From the NCBI GenBank assembly GCA_965231005.1, contig OZ246405.1:1031829-1095828 (forward strand): a DNA stretch of 64,000 nt, in the 5' to 3' direction. Of this stretch, positions 55,459 to 64,000 are shown one piece after another (position 1 is the first letter of the stretch; each line of letters opens with the position of its first letter). The translations under genes and the position numbers were made by a program. The DNA is from an uncultured Gammaproteobacteria bacterium (GTDB lineage Bacteria; Patescibacteriota; Patescibacteriia; Magasanikbacterales; UBA922). The notes under the pieces were generated by a model. It was given only the letters and a program-made list of their open reading frames with translations. It ran no database searches and was not told the origin of the DNA.

Positions 55459-57432
55459 CTACTTGCCCGCGACCTTGTCGACGAGCTCCTGAACCACGTC
55501 CGGATTGGCCAGCGTCGAAACCGTGCCAAGCTGATCAATCGGCTTGCCCACAGCAATGCCGCGCAGCAGTCGACGCATGATCTTGCCAGAACGGGTCTTG
55601 GGCAGGTCAGGTGCAATCATGACCGTTTGCGGAGCAGCATGTCGTGCCAGATGATCGCGAACAGCATTGCGAACCTCTTCATCGAACTCATTGCCAGCAT
55701 TGACTCCTGACTTGAGCACGACGAATGCGTAGATTGCCTCACCCTTGATATCGTCTGGAACACCGACAACTGCAGCTTCAGCAACCAGCACGTGCTGACC
55801 GATCGCGCCTTCGACTTCTGCACATCCGACCAGATGGCCAGAGGTGTTGATCACATCGTCCATACGGCCAGTGATCCAGTGGTAGCCGTCTTCATCGCGT
55901 CGACAGCCATCACCAGTGAAGTAACGACCAGGAAAACGCGCAAAGTACGTATTGCGGAACCGTTCATGATCGCCCCAGATGGTCCGAGCCATTCCCGGCC
56001 ACGGACGGTCGATGCAGAGTGCACCTTCGATCGCCTGCCCTGCAGTCCATTCGATTGGCTTGCCAGTACTTGGATCCACGATGATGGGAGCGATTCCAGG
56101 CAGTGGGAAGGTTGCAGAACCTGGCTTGGTCGGGGTTGCTGACGCGATCGGGCTGAGCATGAAGCCGCCAGTCTCGGTCTGCCACCAGGTGTCGACGATT
56201 GGGCAACGCCCGTGGCCGACGACGTCCTTGTACCAGTGCCACTCAGGCGCCTTGATCGGCTCACCAACGGTGCCAAGCACTTGCAGTGTACTTCGGCTCG
56301 TGCTGTTCAGCCACTCATCACCCTTGCCGCGCAGCGCACGAAGCGCAGTCGGTGCAGTGTAGAAGTGCGTGACTTCATGACGGTCGACGATCTTCCAGAA
56401 ACGACTGAAGTCAGGATGACCAGGCGTACCTTCGTACATGACCGTGGTCACACGATTGGCCATGGGTCCGTAGACCACGTAGCTGTGACCAGTGATCCAG
56501 CCACAATCAGCAGTACACCACCAGACATCGCCCGGACGACAGTCGAACACGAGCTCGAGAGTGTAGCCTGCGTAAGTCAGGTATCCACCAGTAGTGTGTA
56601 CCATTCCTTTCGGCTTTCCAGTTGAGCCACTCGTGTAGAGGATGAACAGCGGATCTTCTGCGTTCATTTCCTCTGCAGGACACTCATCGCTCATGAAAGA
56701 CATGATGTCATTCCACCACACGTCTCTTGGATGCTCCATGTACAGCTCACCACCGGCACGCTCAAGCACCAGGACATGCCGTACACTTGGCGTCTCGGTG
56801 AGTGCGATGTCCACGTTTGCCTTCATGGGGATGTTGTCCTTGTCACCACGAACACCCCAGTCCTGCGTGATCACGAGCGAACATTCAGAATCGTTGATCC
56901 TGTCTCGCAAGGACTCTGCAGAAAAGGCACCGAACACCACAGAATGGATCGCGCCAATCCTGGCACAGGCGAGCATGGCCATTGCCAGCTCAGGAACCAT
57001 CTGCATGTAGATGCACACACGGTCACCGCGCTGCACACCCAGCTCTTTGAGCGCATTGGCAGTGCGGCACACAGCAGCGAGAAGTTCGACGTAGGTGTAG
57101 TATCGCGGCTTTACATCAGGATCGTTCGGCTCCCAAATGAGCGCGATGTCATTCCCATGTCCGTTGCGAATGTGGCGATCCAGGCAGTTCTCAGACACGT
57201 TCAACGTGCCGTCTTTGAACCACGTCAGGTGTTCGTCAGCAAAGCCGCCTTCGAGCACCTTGGTCGGCTTCTTGCACCAATCCAGTCGCTGAGAGACAAA
57301 TCCCCAAAAACGGGGGGAATTTCTGAGGGAAGAAGCGTAAAGATCCCAGTATGTGTCCATGTCAGGAACAGCAGCGCCATCACGCATCGTGGCAGGGGGC
57401 GGAAAAATGGAAGGAGCATGTTGGTCTGTCAT
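55459..57432 (-). CDS. acs: Acetyl-CoA synthetase (AMP-forming), GC-rich
   Basis: YTSGSTGKPKG AMP-binding motif. 657 aa. Confidence 0.9.
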   Translation of the reverse strand: MTDQHAPSIFPPPATMRDGAAVPDMDTYWDLYASSLRNSPRFWGFVSQRLDWCKKPTKVLEGGFADEHLTWFKDGTLNVSENCLDRHIRNGHGNDIALIWEPNDPDVKPRYYTYVELLAAVCRTANALKELGVQRGDRVCIYMQMVPELAMAMLACARIGAIHSVVFGAFSAESLRDRINDSECSLVITQDWGVRGDKDNIPMKANVDIALTETPSVRHVLVLERAGGELYMEHPRDVWWNDIMSFMSDECPAEEMNAEDPLFILYTSGSTGKPKGMVHTTGGYLTYAGYTLELVFDCRPGDVWWCTADCGWITGHSYVVYGPMANRVTTVMYEGTPGHPDFSRFWKIVDRHEVTHFYTAPTALRALRGKGDEWLNSTSRSTLQVLGTVGEPIKAPEWHWYKDVVGHGRCPIVDTWWQTETGGFMLSPIASATPTKPGSATFPLPGIAPIIVDPSTGKPIEWTAGQAIEGALCIDRPWPGMARTIWGDHERFRNTYFARFPGRYFTGDGCRRDEDGYHWITGRMDDVINTSGHLVGCAEVEGAIGQHVLVAEAAVVGVPDDIKGEAIYAFVVLKSGVNAGNEFDEEVRNAVRDHLARHAAPQTVMIAPDLPKTRSGKIMRRLLRGIAVGKPIDQLGTVSTLANPDVVQELVDKVAGK

Positions 57433-57604
57433 GGTATACCTCTCTGTTATTGGTTATTTGACAGTTCAGTGGTGTATATTGCATGAAAATAGGTGTGTTG
57501 TCAATCTGTGTTATTGCAGATCACTTATATAAAGACCAAAAAATTGTACGTTGCAAAAAAATATAGATATGATAAGGTATGTATAACTTTGTATAGATAA
57601 TAGT

Positions 57605-58729
57605 ATGAAAAAAGAACAAATACCTGAAATACTCTCTATTGGTAAGGTGTCAGAACTCCTTGGTGTCTCACTTATGACACTTCGCAGATGGGACAAAGAT
57701 GGAACACTCCCCTCGTTTCGACCTGGAAATAAGAGTATGAGACGATATCGTCGCGAAGACGTATTACATTTTATTTCTGAAAAAAGAGACGGAATACTAA
57801 CACCCAAACAACAGGATGAGTTGATTACTGCCTTAAAGGGAAGAAAAGAAATCCCTTTAAAATTTGTATATATAGAAGAAGGATCAAAAAATTGGGATAA
57901 AATGGTACAAGACAAGATGTACGGTTTAGGGGAATTGGAAACGTCACTCATTGAAAAAAATATCGATCATATTTATGAAAAGCTTTGGCGAAGAAAATTC
58001 AACATTGTTGACATTGGACCGGGAAATGGAAAAAAAGCAATCCCATTTATTGAACGCTTCTCAAAAAATTATGAACCTGTTCACTACATTGCACTCGACA
58101 TTAGCCAAGCAATGATCAAGCTAGCTCTTCAAAATATTAAAAAATACGTCAAACAGTATTTTCGTGCTGACGATGGAATCATTGATTTTGAAGAAGGAAA
58201 CTTTTCTGATTTAACAAGAAAATTTCGAAAAGAAAAATATCCAAATAACCTTTTTCTTCTACTTGGCAATACAGCAGGAAATCCATTTGATAAGGATCGA
58301 GTACTCACAAATATACGCGAGAGCATGGTTTTAGAAGATTTTTTACTTATTGGAATAGAACTTGCTGATTTGAACAATGTAGAACGGATCGTTGCACACT
58401 ACAAACAGCCTGTCGTTTTAGAATTTGTTTTCTTTTGCTTAAAGAAACTTGGGTTTAATATAGAAGATGGAGAAATTGCAGTTCAATTCAACAAAGAAAA
58501 AAGTCAAATCGAAATGCGTTTTGTATTTACAAAAACTTCCCAGGTCATTTACAATGACGAAACAATTGAATTTGAAAAAAATGACTCTGTGTTATTGCTA
58601 ATTTCTTATAAATCAACAAGAAATCAATTGGAGGATTTGCTTGAACGAACAGGTTTTAAAATAAGCAAATTTATGACAAATGAAAATAAAAGCTATGCAA
58701 TTGTATTGTGTAGACCACAAAGATATTAA
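57605..58729 (+). CDS. Fusion of an N-terminal MerR/excisionase-type HTH and an EgtD-like SAM-dependent methyltransferase domain
   Basis: LSIGKVSELLGVSLMTLRRWDKDG (HTH). DIGPGNGKK plus an ALDIS motif as in DUF323/EgtD. Confidence 0.5.
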   Translation: MKKEQIPEILSIGKVSELLGVSLMTLRRWDKDGTLPSFRPGNKSMRRYRREDVLHFISEKRDGILTPKQQDELITALKGRKEIPLKFVYIEEGSKNWDKMVQDKMYGLGELETSLIEKNIDHIYEKLWRRKFNIVDIGPGNGKKAIPFIERFSKNYEPVHYIALDISQAMIKLALQNIKKYVKQYFRADDGIIDFEEGNFSDLTRKFRKEKYPNNLFLLLGNTAGNPFDKDRVLTNIRESMVLEDFLLIGIELADLNNVERIVAHYKQPVVLEFVFFCLKKLGFNIEDGEIAVQFNKEKSQIEMRFVFTKTSQVIYNDETIEFEKNDSVLLLISYKSTRNQLEDLLERTGFKISKFMTNENKSYAIVLCRPQRY

Positions 58730-58733
58730 TATC

Positions 58734-59930
58734 TTACACCAACGTCTTTCTATGTAAACTCTGCACTCTGTATAAAAATGGAAATACAATAACAAAAAGG
58801 ACTGCACATACAATTCCTAAAATACCATATATCATTCTAATTTCCATAAATTGAGATAACCATCCCATGACCCATGCAACAAGAGCAATAAGTATTCCCT
58901 GTGCAAGATTTGAAATAGAAAGTGCAGTCGCACGAGAACCACTTGGAATCAAGATGTTTGTATAATCATTTGAAACAACTTTCATCACGTTGATAGATGC
59001 AGAGTTAAGTAATATAACGAGTACAATGATTATTGCATTTGATGTCAGTGGAATTACTAAAAAATGAAAAACCATAATCACTGCATTAATTAAAAAGAAT
59101 GTTGGTGCAGAAAACCATTTACTAAATACATGCGCTAGTGGTGAAAAAACAAGGGCCATTACTCGTTTTAATGCATACACAACACCAAAAAGAATTACTG
59201 CTAAACCAATATCTTTGAAAATTACTTGGTGGAGTTGAATTGCACCAACTGAGATTCCAATAATTAAACTCTGTGTTATGATAATCCAGTATAAAAGTGG
59301 AACAGATCGAATTTGTTTGGATGCTTGTTTGAAATGAAATACTGTTTTCATAAATCCTTCCCTTTCCTTTACTAAAATGTTTTGTTTTGTTTTTCCAAAA
59401 GTACTAATGACGATTGCAGCAAGGATAAATTGAGCAAAACCAATAATAAATGGCAACCACCACAGCCATACATAAATGGCACTGATTGATAACATAAAGA
59501 TAATACCAACCGCGCCTGCGGCAGCCCGCGCACGTCCTACAAATTTTTGATGCTCATTTGTACGTCCTAATTTAATGAGCAACTCGTAAAAAAGTGCCTC
59601 ATGTGTCCCCGTAAGAAATGACCCTGCGAAAAAAAATAGCATTGTTCCTGCAAGCATCCACCAAAAGCTTCCACCTAAATACAAGAGCATTGATATAGAC
59701 TGTCCAATCATTGCAAGCACTAAAATTCTTTTGTGACCAATAACATCTGCCACAGCACCGCTTGGGATTTCAAATAAAACTCCCACGATATATCCTAAAG
59801 CTGTAATTATTGCGACCTGTTCAACAGTCACTCCTACATTTAACATATGCAATATTAAAATAGGCCACACAAACCGTCGAATGAGTGCACGAAATATATA
59901 ATATTTTTTAATATCGTCGAGCCATTTCAT
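58734..59930 (-). CDS. MFS transporter
   Basis: 12 TM helices and an MFS motif. Confidence 0.75.
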   Translation of the reverse strand: MKWLDDIKKYYIFRALIRRFVWPILILHMLNVGVTVEQVAIITALGYIVGVLFEIPSGAVADVIGHKRILVLAMIGQSISMLLYLGGSFWWMLAGTMLFFFAGSFLTGTHEALFYELLIKLGRTNEHQKFVGRARAAAGAVGIIFMLSISAIYVWLWWLPFIIGFAQFILAAIVISTFGKTKQNILVKEREGFMKTVFHFKQASKQIRSVPLLYWIIITQSLIIGISVGAIQLHQVIFKDIGLAVILFGVVYALKRVMALVFSPLAHVFSKWFSAPTFFLINAVIMVFHFLVIPLTSNAIIIVLVILLNSASINVMKVVSNDYTNILIPSGSRATALSISNLAQGILIALVAWVMGWLSQFMEIRMIYGILGIVCAVLFVIVFPFLYRVQSLHRKTLV

Positions 59931-60166
59931 ATTAATCTTTTACGACCAAAAGCAAATCCCGATCCATGTTTTAAATATTTTTCAAAATCTAATGCTTTTT
60001 CTCTATTTGAAAAGGCACAATACCATACTAGTTTATATGGTTTTTTTGTAGAAGTAAATTTAACATGACCAGCATTATGTTCACTTAATCTTCTCTTCAA
60101 ATTATTTGTATTGCCAATATAAAAACTTGCATCAATCTGGCTTTGAATTATGTAAACACAATACAT
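59927..60166 (-). CDS. Small stand-alone GIY-YIG nuclease-domain protein
   Basis: YCVYIIQS...FYIGNTNNLKRRLSEHN. The ATG at 60166 has an AAAGGGGGT RBS. The ORF-track extension overlaps a hairpin-rich region. Confidence 0.65.
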   Translation of the reverse strand: MYCVYIIQSQIDASFYIGNTNNLKRRLSEHNAGHVKFTSTKKPYKLVWYCAFSNREKALDFEKYLKHGSGFAFGRKRLI

Positions 60167-60307
60167 ACCCCCCTTTATGAAGTTAGTGATGCCCTGCTTC
60201 GCTAAAGCTTCGCAGGACACTGCTACTAGACAATCTAGTAGCAATTCTTTCGTCAGTACAAGGAGTGCTTGCACTGCGAAGCTCTTGCACTAGCAAGAGC
60301 GTAGCAG

Positions 60308-60391
60308 TGGGCCGGGCAGGATTCGAACCTGCGAAGGCATAAAGCCGACAGATTTACAGTCTGTTGCGTTTGACCGCTTCGCTACCGACCC
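60308..60391 (-). tRNA. tRNA-Tyr (anticodon GTA), long variable arm
   Basis: Hand-folded. Acceptor GGGTCGG/CCGGCCC, anticodon loop CTGTAAA, T-arm GCAGGTTCGAATCCTGC. Coordinates approximate. Confidence 0.8.
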
Positions 60392-60523
60392 TTGATAAAT
60401 AGTCAAAGAGATAAGAGATGGCGTGCCACGAGGGCGCGCCTATCAGTCAAAGATCTACCGCCACGCAAAGGTGTTTCGCACCCACGTGGCACTCAAAGGC
60501 GCTCGTAAACTCGCGCCTTTTCG

Positions 60524-60600
60524 TGGAGCCATCTCGGGGAGTCGAACCCCGGACCTACGGTTTACAAAACCGTCGCTCTAACCAACTGAGCTAAGATGGC
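60524..60600 (-). tRNA. tRNA-Thr (anticodon TGT), CCA encoded
   Basis: Hand-folded. Acceptor GCCATCT/AGATGGC, anticodon loop TTTGTAA, T-arm CGGGGTTCGACTCCCCG. Coordinates approximate. Confidence 0.8.
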
Positions 60601-60605
60601 ATGTG

Positions 60606-61508
60606 TTATAAATTAGCAATTTTTTCTTTAATAATATCCAATTTATTATTTTCAGGATTTACCCTTCGTAGCTGCTGATATCCCTTTTCTGCTGACTTTT
60701 TGTTGCCCACTATTATACTGATTTCTATAAATTTGTCAAGATATTTAGGATTGTCTGGCTCAAGACGTAATGCTTGTTCAATTGCCTCAAGCGCAGCCGT
60801 TTGCTGGCCAATCTTTTCAAGCAAATCAGCCAAACGTGCAAACCGTGGAGATAAATTATCATTCAACAGCACTGCCTTTTGAAGATATTTAATTGCTGCC
60901 TCAATATCTTTGTTTGCCTCTGCAACTTCTGCAAGACGAGTGTACACAACATCATCTTTTTTATCAAGCTGTGCCAAAAAACGATAGGTTTCTTCTGCTT
61001 CTGCATACTGTTCTTGCGCATAGTACACATCTCCTAACCCACGATAGGCTTCTTTATGTTTTGAATCAAGACGAATAATACTAATATATTGTTTTTCAGC
61101 ATTGCTATAATCTTCCTGCTCAATTGCATGTTTTGCACTATTGAGTAACTTTGAAATTCGCTCTTGAAGATCTTCTGGTGGCAGCTTACTTGCATCAACT
61201 GTTTGTTCTTTCTTTTCAAGTTCTTGCTCAACAGTTTTTTGAATTTTTCCAACATACTTACGAAAACGCAACTGCTGCTGTTTTGCTTTTTTTACAAGCG
61301 GCTTCACTTTTTTTGCCCATTCTTTTTTTGATTGTGCATTTTTCTTTTGTGAACGTTTTTTCAAAAATTGATCTTTCTTCCTACCTTCTTTTGCTTCACT
61401 AATTGTATTAATATCCAAAAGAGTAAGTTGTGGATATTTTCGTACAACAATAACAATAATTGCTGCAAGCGAACAAACAACGAGTAAAAATGGAAGAATA
61501 GTTGCCAT
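60606..61508 (-). CDS. TPR-repeat protein with an N-terminal TM anchor and a lysine-rich linker
   Basis: AEKQYISIIRLD / AYRGLGDVYYAQ / AIKYLQKAVLLN TPR-like helices. Confidence 0.6.
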   Translation of the reverse strand: MATILPFLLVVCSLAAIIVIVVRKYPQLTLLDINTISEAKEGRKKDQFLKKRSQKKNAQSKKEWAKKVKPLVKKAKQQQLRFRKYVGKIQKTVEQELEKKEQTVDASKLPPEDLQERISKLLNSAKHAIEQEDYSNAEKQYISIIRLDSKHKEAYRGLGDVYYAQEQYAEAEETYRFLAQLDKKDDVVYTRLAEVAEANKDIEAAIKYLQKAVLLNDNLSPRFARLADLLEKIGQQTAALEAIEQALRLEPDNPKYLDKFIEISIIVGNKKSAEKGYQQLRRVNPENNKLDIIKEKIANL

Positions 61509-61522
61509 AGTTGATATAAACG

Positions 61523-62272
61523 TTACGAAACAGTACTTTCTAACGCGCGAATGATTTCTATGAAGGAATCAAATTTCGCAGAAGCACCTCCTACAAGGAC
61601 TCCATCAATCTGTTGAGACGAAACATATGATACCACATTAGTTGGATTTACGCTACCCCCATAAAGAAGTGGAATATGGATGTCTGTATACTGAGAAATT
61701 TCTTCTTTTATCCATGCATGGACCTCTTCAGCCTTTTCTGGATGACAAGGATCTCCAGTTCCAATTGCCCAGACTGGTTCATATGCAATAAAAAACGTAC
61801 TTGAAGAATCTAATGCCAATCCATCCAATGCTTTTGAAAGTTGTTTTTTCAGTCTATAATCTCTTTTCCCAGCCTCTACATCTTCTGCAGTTTCGCCAAT
61901 ACATAAAATTGGAGTTAACCCAACTTCCAAACACGCTTCAAGTTTTTTTCTTATATCATCATTTGTCTCACCAAAAATATGTCGTCTTTCAGAATGCCCT
62001 ACCAGTGCATGTGTACAACCAAGATTTTTATACATGTTTGCAGAAATAGCACCTGTGTATGCTCCTTTTGGGGTCCAAGCAACATTCTGCGCCCCAACAG
62101 CGACAGGAGTACCTGCAGCAGCTTTTAATATATCTGCAGTTGCAATAGAGGATGGAAATATTCCAACCCCGACGTTTTCTGAATCAAATGTCTCTTGCAA
62201 AATTTGATGAATTAAAATATTTGCTTCATCAAAATCAAGGTACATTTTCCAATTTGCAAAAAAATATTTCAT
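61523..62272 (-). CDS. tpiA: Triosephosphate isomerase
   Basis: FFANWKMY and AYEPVWAIGTG motifs. Confidence 0.9.
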   Translation of the reverse strand: MKYFFANWKMYLDFDEANILIHQILQETFDSENVGVGIFPSSIATADILKAAAGTPVAVGAQNVAWTPKGAYTGAISANMYKNLGCTHALVGHSERRHIFGETNDDIRKKLEACLEVGLTPILCIGETAEDVEAGKRDYRLKKQLSKALDGLALDSSSTFFIAYEPVWAIGTGDPCHPEKAEEVHAWIKEEISQYTDIHIPLLYGGSVNPTNVVSYVSSQQIDGVLVGGASAKFDSFIEIIRALESTVS

Positions 62273-62289
62273 AGGGTGTAAGTTATGTT

Positions 62290-63567
62290 TTAAAAAATTA
62301 TAGTATCTTTTTGGACATCTCCAATAATGGCTACTCTCATTTGATTAAATTTAAATACTTGCTTTGCAACACGTTTTACGTCTTCTCGAGTAACTCGATC
62401 TATTTTTTTCAAACGCTGCTCTGGTGTTTCTATTTTTTTTGAAAACAATGATTGTTTTGCATACCAATTTGCTTGCACACTAGAATCTTCCAAAGATAAT
62501 GTTAATCCACCACGAATATGTGTTTTTGCATCTCGCAACTCTTGAGCAGTAATACCCTTTTCAATAATCTTTGAAATTTCTTTTTTAATTTCTTTAATTG
62601 CTTTGTTTATATTTTTGGCATCTAAACCAGCACGAACATATGAGTACCCTGTATCACGGAAATAATCAGCACCACTACGAACAGTGTATGCAAGACCAAG
62701 CCGTTCACGAATCCGAATAAATAAGCGAGAACTCATAGAGCCACCAAGTACTGTATTAAGGACAGACAGGACTGCATTATTGTTATGTCCATATTTAAAT
62801 CCTTGAAAACCAAGCATAAGTTGCGCTTGATCTGTTTTCTTATATTGCACAGCAATGCGACTCTGTTTGTCGCGCGGACCAAATGTGTACGGTTTAAAAT
62901 GCGTACTTGGTTTTTTTGAAGATCGTACACTTCCAAAAAACTTTTTCACCATAGATGTCGTCTTTTCATTGATTGCACCTGCCACAACAATAGTCATATT
63001 ACTTGGATCATAATATCTATTTCGGAATGCAAGAACATCTTTCCGTTTATATCCAAGCACATGTTTTTCAGTTCCTGCAATATCACGTCCAAGTGGACAA
63101 CCAGCATACAGGACGTCTTCAAAAATATTATCAATATTCATGAGTGGATTATCATTGTACATCCGAATTTCTTCAACAATCACATGTTTTTCACGTTCCA
63201 TTTCTTTTGCATCAAATGTAGAATGAAATAACATGTCCGAGAGAATATCAAAAGAAATTTCTGCATAATTTGCATCGGTTTTAATGTAATATCCTGTGTA
63301 CTCTTTTCCAGTAAATGCATTATACGCTGCACCAAGTCTATCTATTTCTCTCGTAAGAATCAATGTATTTTTTCTTTTCTTTGTTCCTTTAAACATGAGA
63401 TGTTCAACATAATGTGAAACACCTGCCATTTTTTCTGACTCATACCTGGAACCAACTGGATACATAACCATTGTTGTTATGGACTTAGTATCCAAAAGTG
63501 GTACCAACACAACCGTCGCTTTATTACTCAATGTATATTTTTCAAAACTCATAAATAAAATTAACAA
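62290..63567 (-). CDS. M16-family zinc peptidase (insulinase-like)
   Basis: Inverted zincin motif HYVEHLMFKGT. Confidence 0.8.
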   Translation of the reverse strand: MLILFMSFEKYTLSNKATVVLVPLLDTKSITTMVMYPVGSRYESEKMAGVSHYVEHLMFKGTKKRKNTLILTREIDRLGAAYNAFTGKEYTGYYIKTDANYAEISFDILSDMLFHSTFDAKEMEREKHVIVEEIRMYNDNPLMNIDNIFEDVLYAGCPLGRDIAGTEKHVLGYKRKDVLAFRNRYYDPSNMTIVVAGAINEKTTSMVKKFFGSVRSSKKPSTHFKPYTFGPRDKQSRIAVQYKKTDQAQLMLGFQGFKYGHNNNAVLSVLNTVLGGSMSSRLFIRIRERLGLAYTVRSGADYFRDTGYSYVRAGLDAKNINKAIKEIKKEISKIIEKGITAQELRDAKTHIRGGLTLSLEDSSVQANWYAKQSLFSKKIETPEQRLKKIDRVTREDVKRVAKQVFKFNQMRVAIIGDVQKDTIIF

Positions 63568-63700
63568 TTAACAACTAACAATTAACAAACTATTTGGGTG
63601 CGGTAAGTACATTAAGAGTTCTTTCAAAATTGACAGAAGCAATATTCCTGTAAAGAACCTAGACAGATTGTTAATTGCTAATTGTTTTTTGTTAATTGTT
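63551..63700. repeat. Palindromic element, TTAACAATTAACAA family (copy 3)
   Basis: ttaacaattaacaactaacaattaacaa ... ttgttaattgctaattgtt arms. The spacer contains a GTTCTTT/AAAGAAC inversion, as in copy 1. Confidence 0.6.
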
Positions 63701-63701
63701 G

Positions 63702-64000
63702 TTACCAACTTCCTGAACTACCGCCTCCACCAGAACTACCTCCGCCAAAACCACCAAACCCTCCGCCTGATCCACCACCAAATCCTCCCCAAAAGCCTCC
63801 CCCTCCATGCTTTCGTCTTTTTTGCTGCTCTTTATAATGATCAAATAATTTCTTTGTAATAACCTGACCAAGACGATGTCGTGACAAAAACCAATCTAAG
63901 AGCAGACCAAGAATTGCAAAAATAATAATAAAGATAATAACAACCAAGCTCAATGAAAAAACTAATCCAATTAATAAACCAAATATTCCACCAATAACAC
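63702..64000 (-). CDS. Membrane protein with a Gly-rich (GGGFGG) C-terminal tail; N-terminus runs off the window end
   Basis: The frame stays open upstream of the TTG used by the ORF track. There is a TM helix and then a GGGGFWGGFGGGSGGGFGGFGGG tail. Confidence 0.45.
   Translation of the reverse strand, partial: VIGGIFGLLIGLVFSLSLVVIIFIIIFAILGLLLDWFLSRHRLGQVITKKLFDHYKEQQKRRKHGGGGFWGGFGGGSGGGFGGFGGGSSGGGGSSGSW

Noticed and set aside
55792-57486. Multiple 60-250-aa ORFs overlapping acs
   Set aside because: Same GC-driven artifact. The acs frame is full-length with canonical motifs.
1-64000. Alternative genetic code (UGA recoding) as expected for some CPR lineages
   Set aside because: Conserved genes (the Cys-rich gene, pgi, dnaG, etc.) terminate at TGA at their expected lengths. 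The standard code is supported.
1-64000. CRISPR arrays or cas genes
   Set aside because: No regularly spaced direct repeats with unique spacers were seen. The recurring repeats are palindromic intergenic elements, not repeat-spacer arrays.

Overview
The window is an AT-rich (~35% GC by eye), compact bacterial chromosomal segment using the standard genetic code: TGA ends conserved genes at their expected lengths. The ORF track uses many TTG/GTG starts. Gene content is a streamlined housekeeping set: pgi, tal, tpiA, sodA, a peroxiredoxin, idi, ribE/ribH plus two stand-alone riboflavin-kinase domains, dnaG-rpoD, mraZ-rsmH-ftsL, a Clp ATPase, a VOC-lexA-dinB SOS cassette, an MscS channel, an M16 peptidase, and three tRNAs (Thr-GGT, Tyr-GTA, Thr-TGT). 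The lysine-rich tails and the small repertoire fit a small-genome, possibly CPR/Patescibacteria-like organism; that assignment is inference. At least seven visibly GC-rich islands look foreign (approx 11.6-13.1, 30.7-31.1, 42.2-44.4, 46.85-47.5, 50.0-51.7, 52.85-54.1 and 55.45-57.45 kb). They carry a cytidine-deaminase homolog, a large CK-KREA-repeat lipoprotein, an MFS transporter, a secreted protein with an AT-rich paralog next door, and acetyl-CoA synthetase. The features most worth a second look are listed below.
- Two tandem paralogous Cys/Asp-rich repeat lipoproteins (one partial at the window start) sit next to DsbA and a VirD4/TraD-like ATPase with a long K/E-rich tail.
- A palindromic GCCTTTA/TAAAGGC intergenic repeat family has one copy carrying a four-helix-bundle (23S-IVS-type) gene in its loop.
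- A second palindromic repeat family (TTAACAATTAACAA) recurs at three intergenic sites.
- A tandem duplication of an atypical RIO/Kdo-like kinase-fold protein has one copy split by a frameshift.
- A translationally coupled ATP-grasp ligase and NlpC/P60-like amidase pair is expressed from an apparently leaderless promoter.
- Two GC-rich gene cassettes are each bracketed by inverted GTGTCACTCT motifs, with an operator-like palindrome about 30 nt upstream of each start codon.
- A Cheo-type LexA box lies inside the promoter of the VOC-lexA-dinB operon.
- Three MraZ-type direct repeats lie upstream of mraZ.
- A Clp/Hsp100 ATPase carries an N-terminal membrane anchor.
- Two GC-rich candidates for structured RNA were found, at 12790-13100 and in the ribE-ribH spacer.

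No CRISPR array or rRNA gene was seen. The ORF-track coordinates are used as given; coordinates I derived by hand (adjusted starts, tRNAs, motifs) may be off by 1-2 nt.
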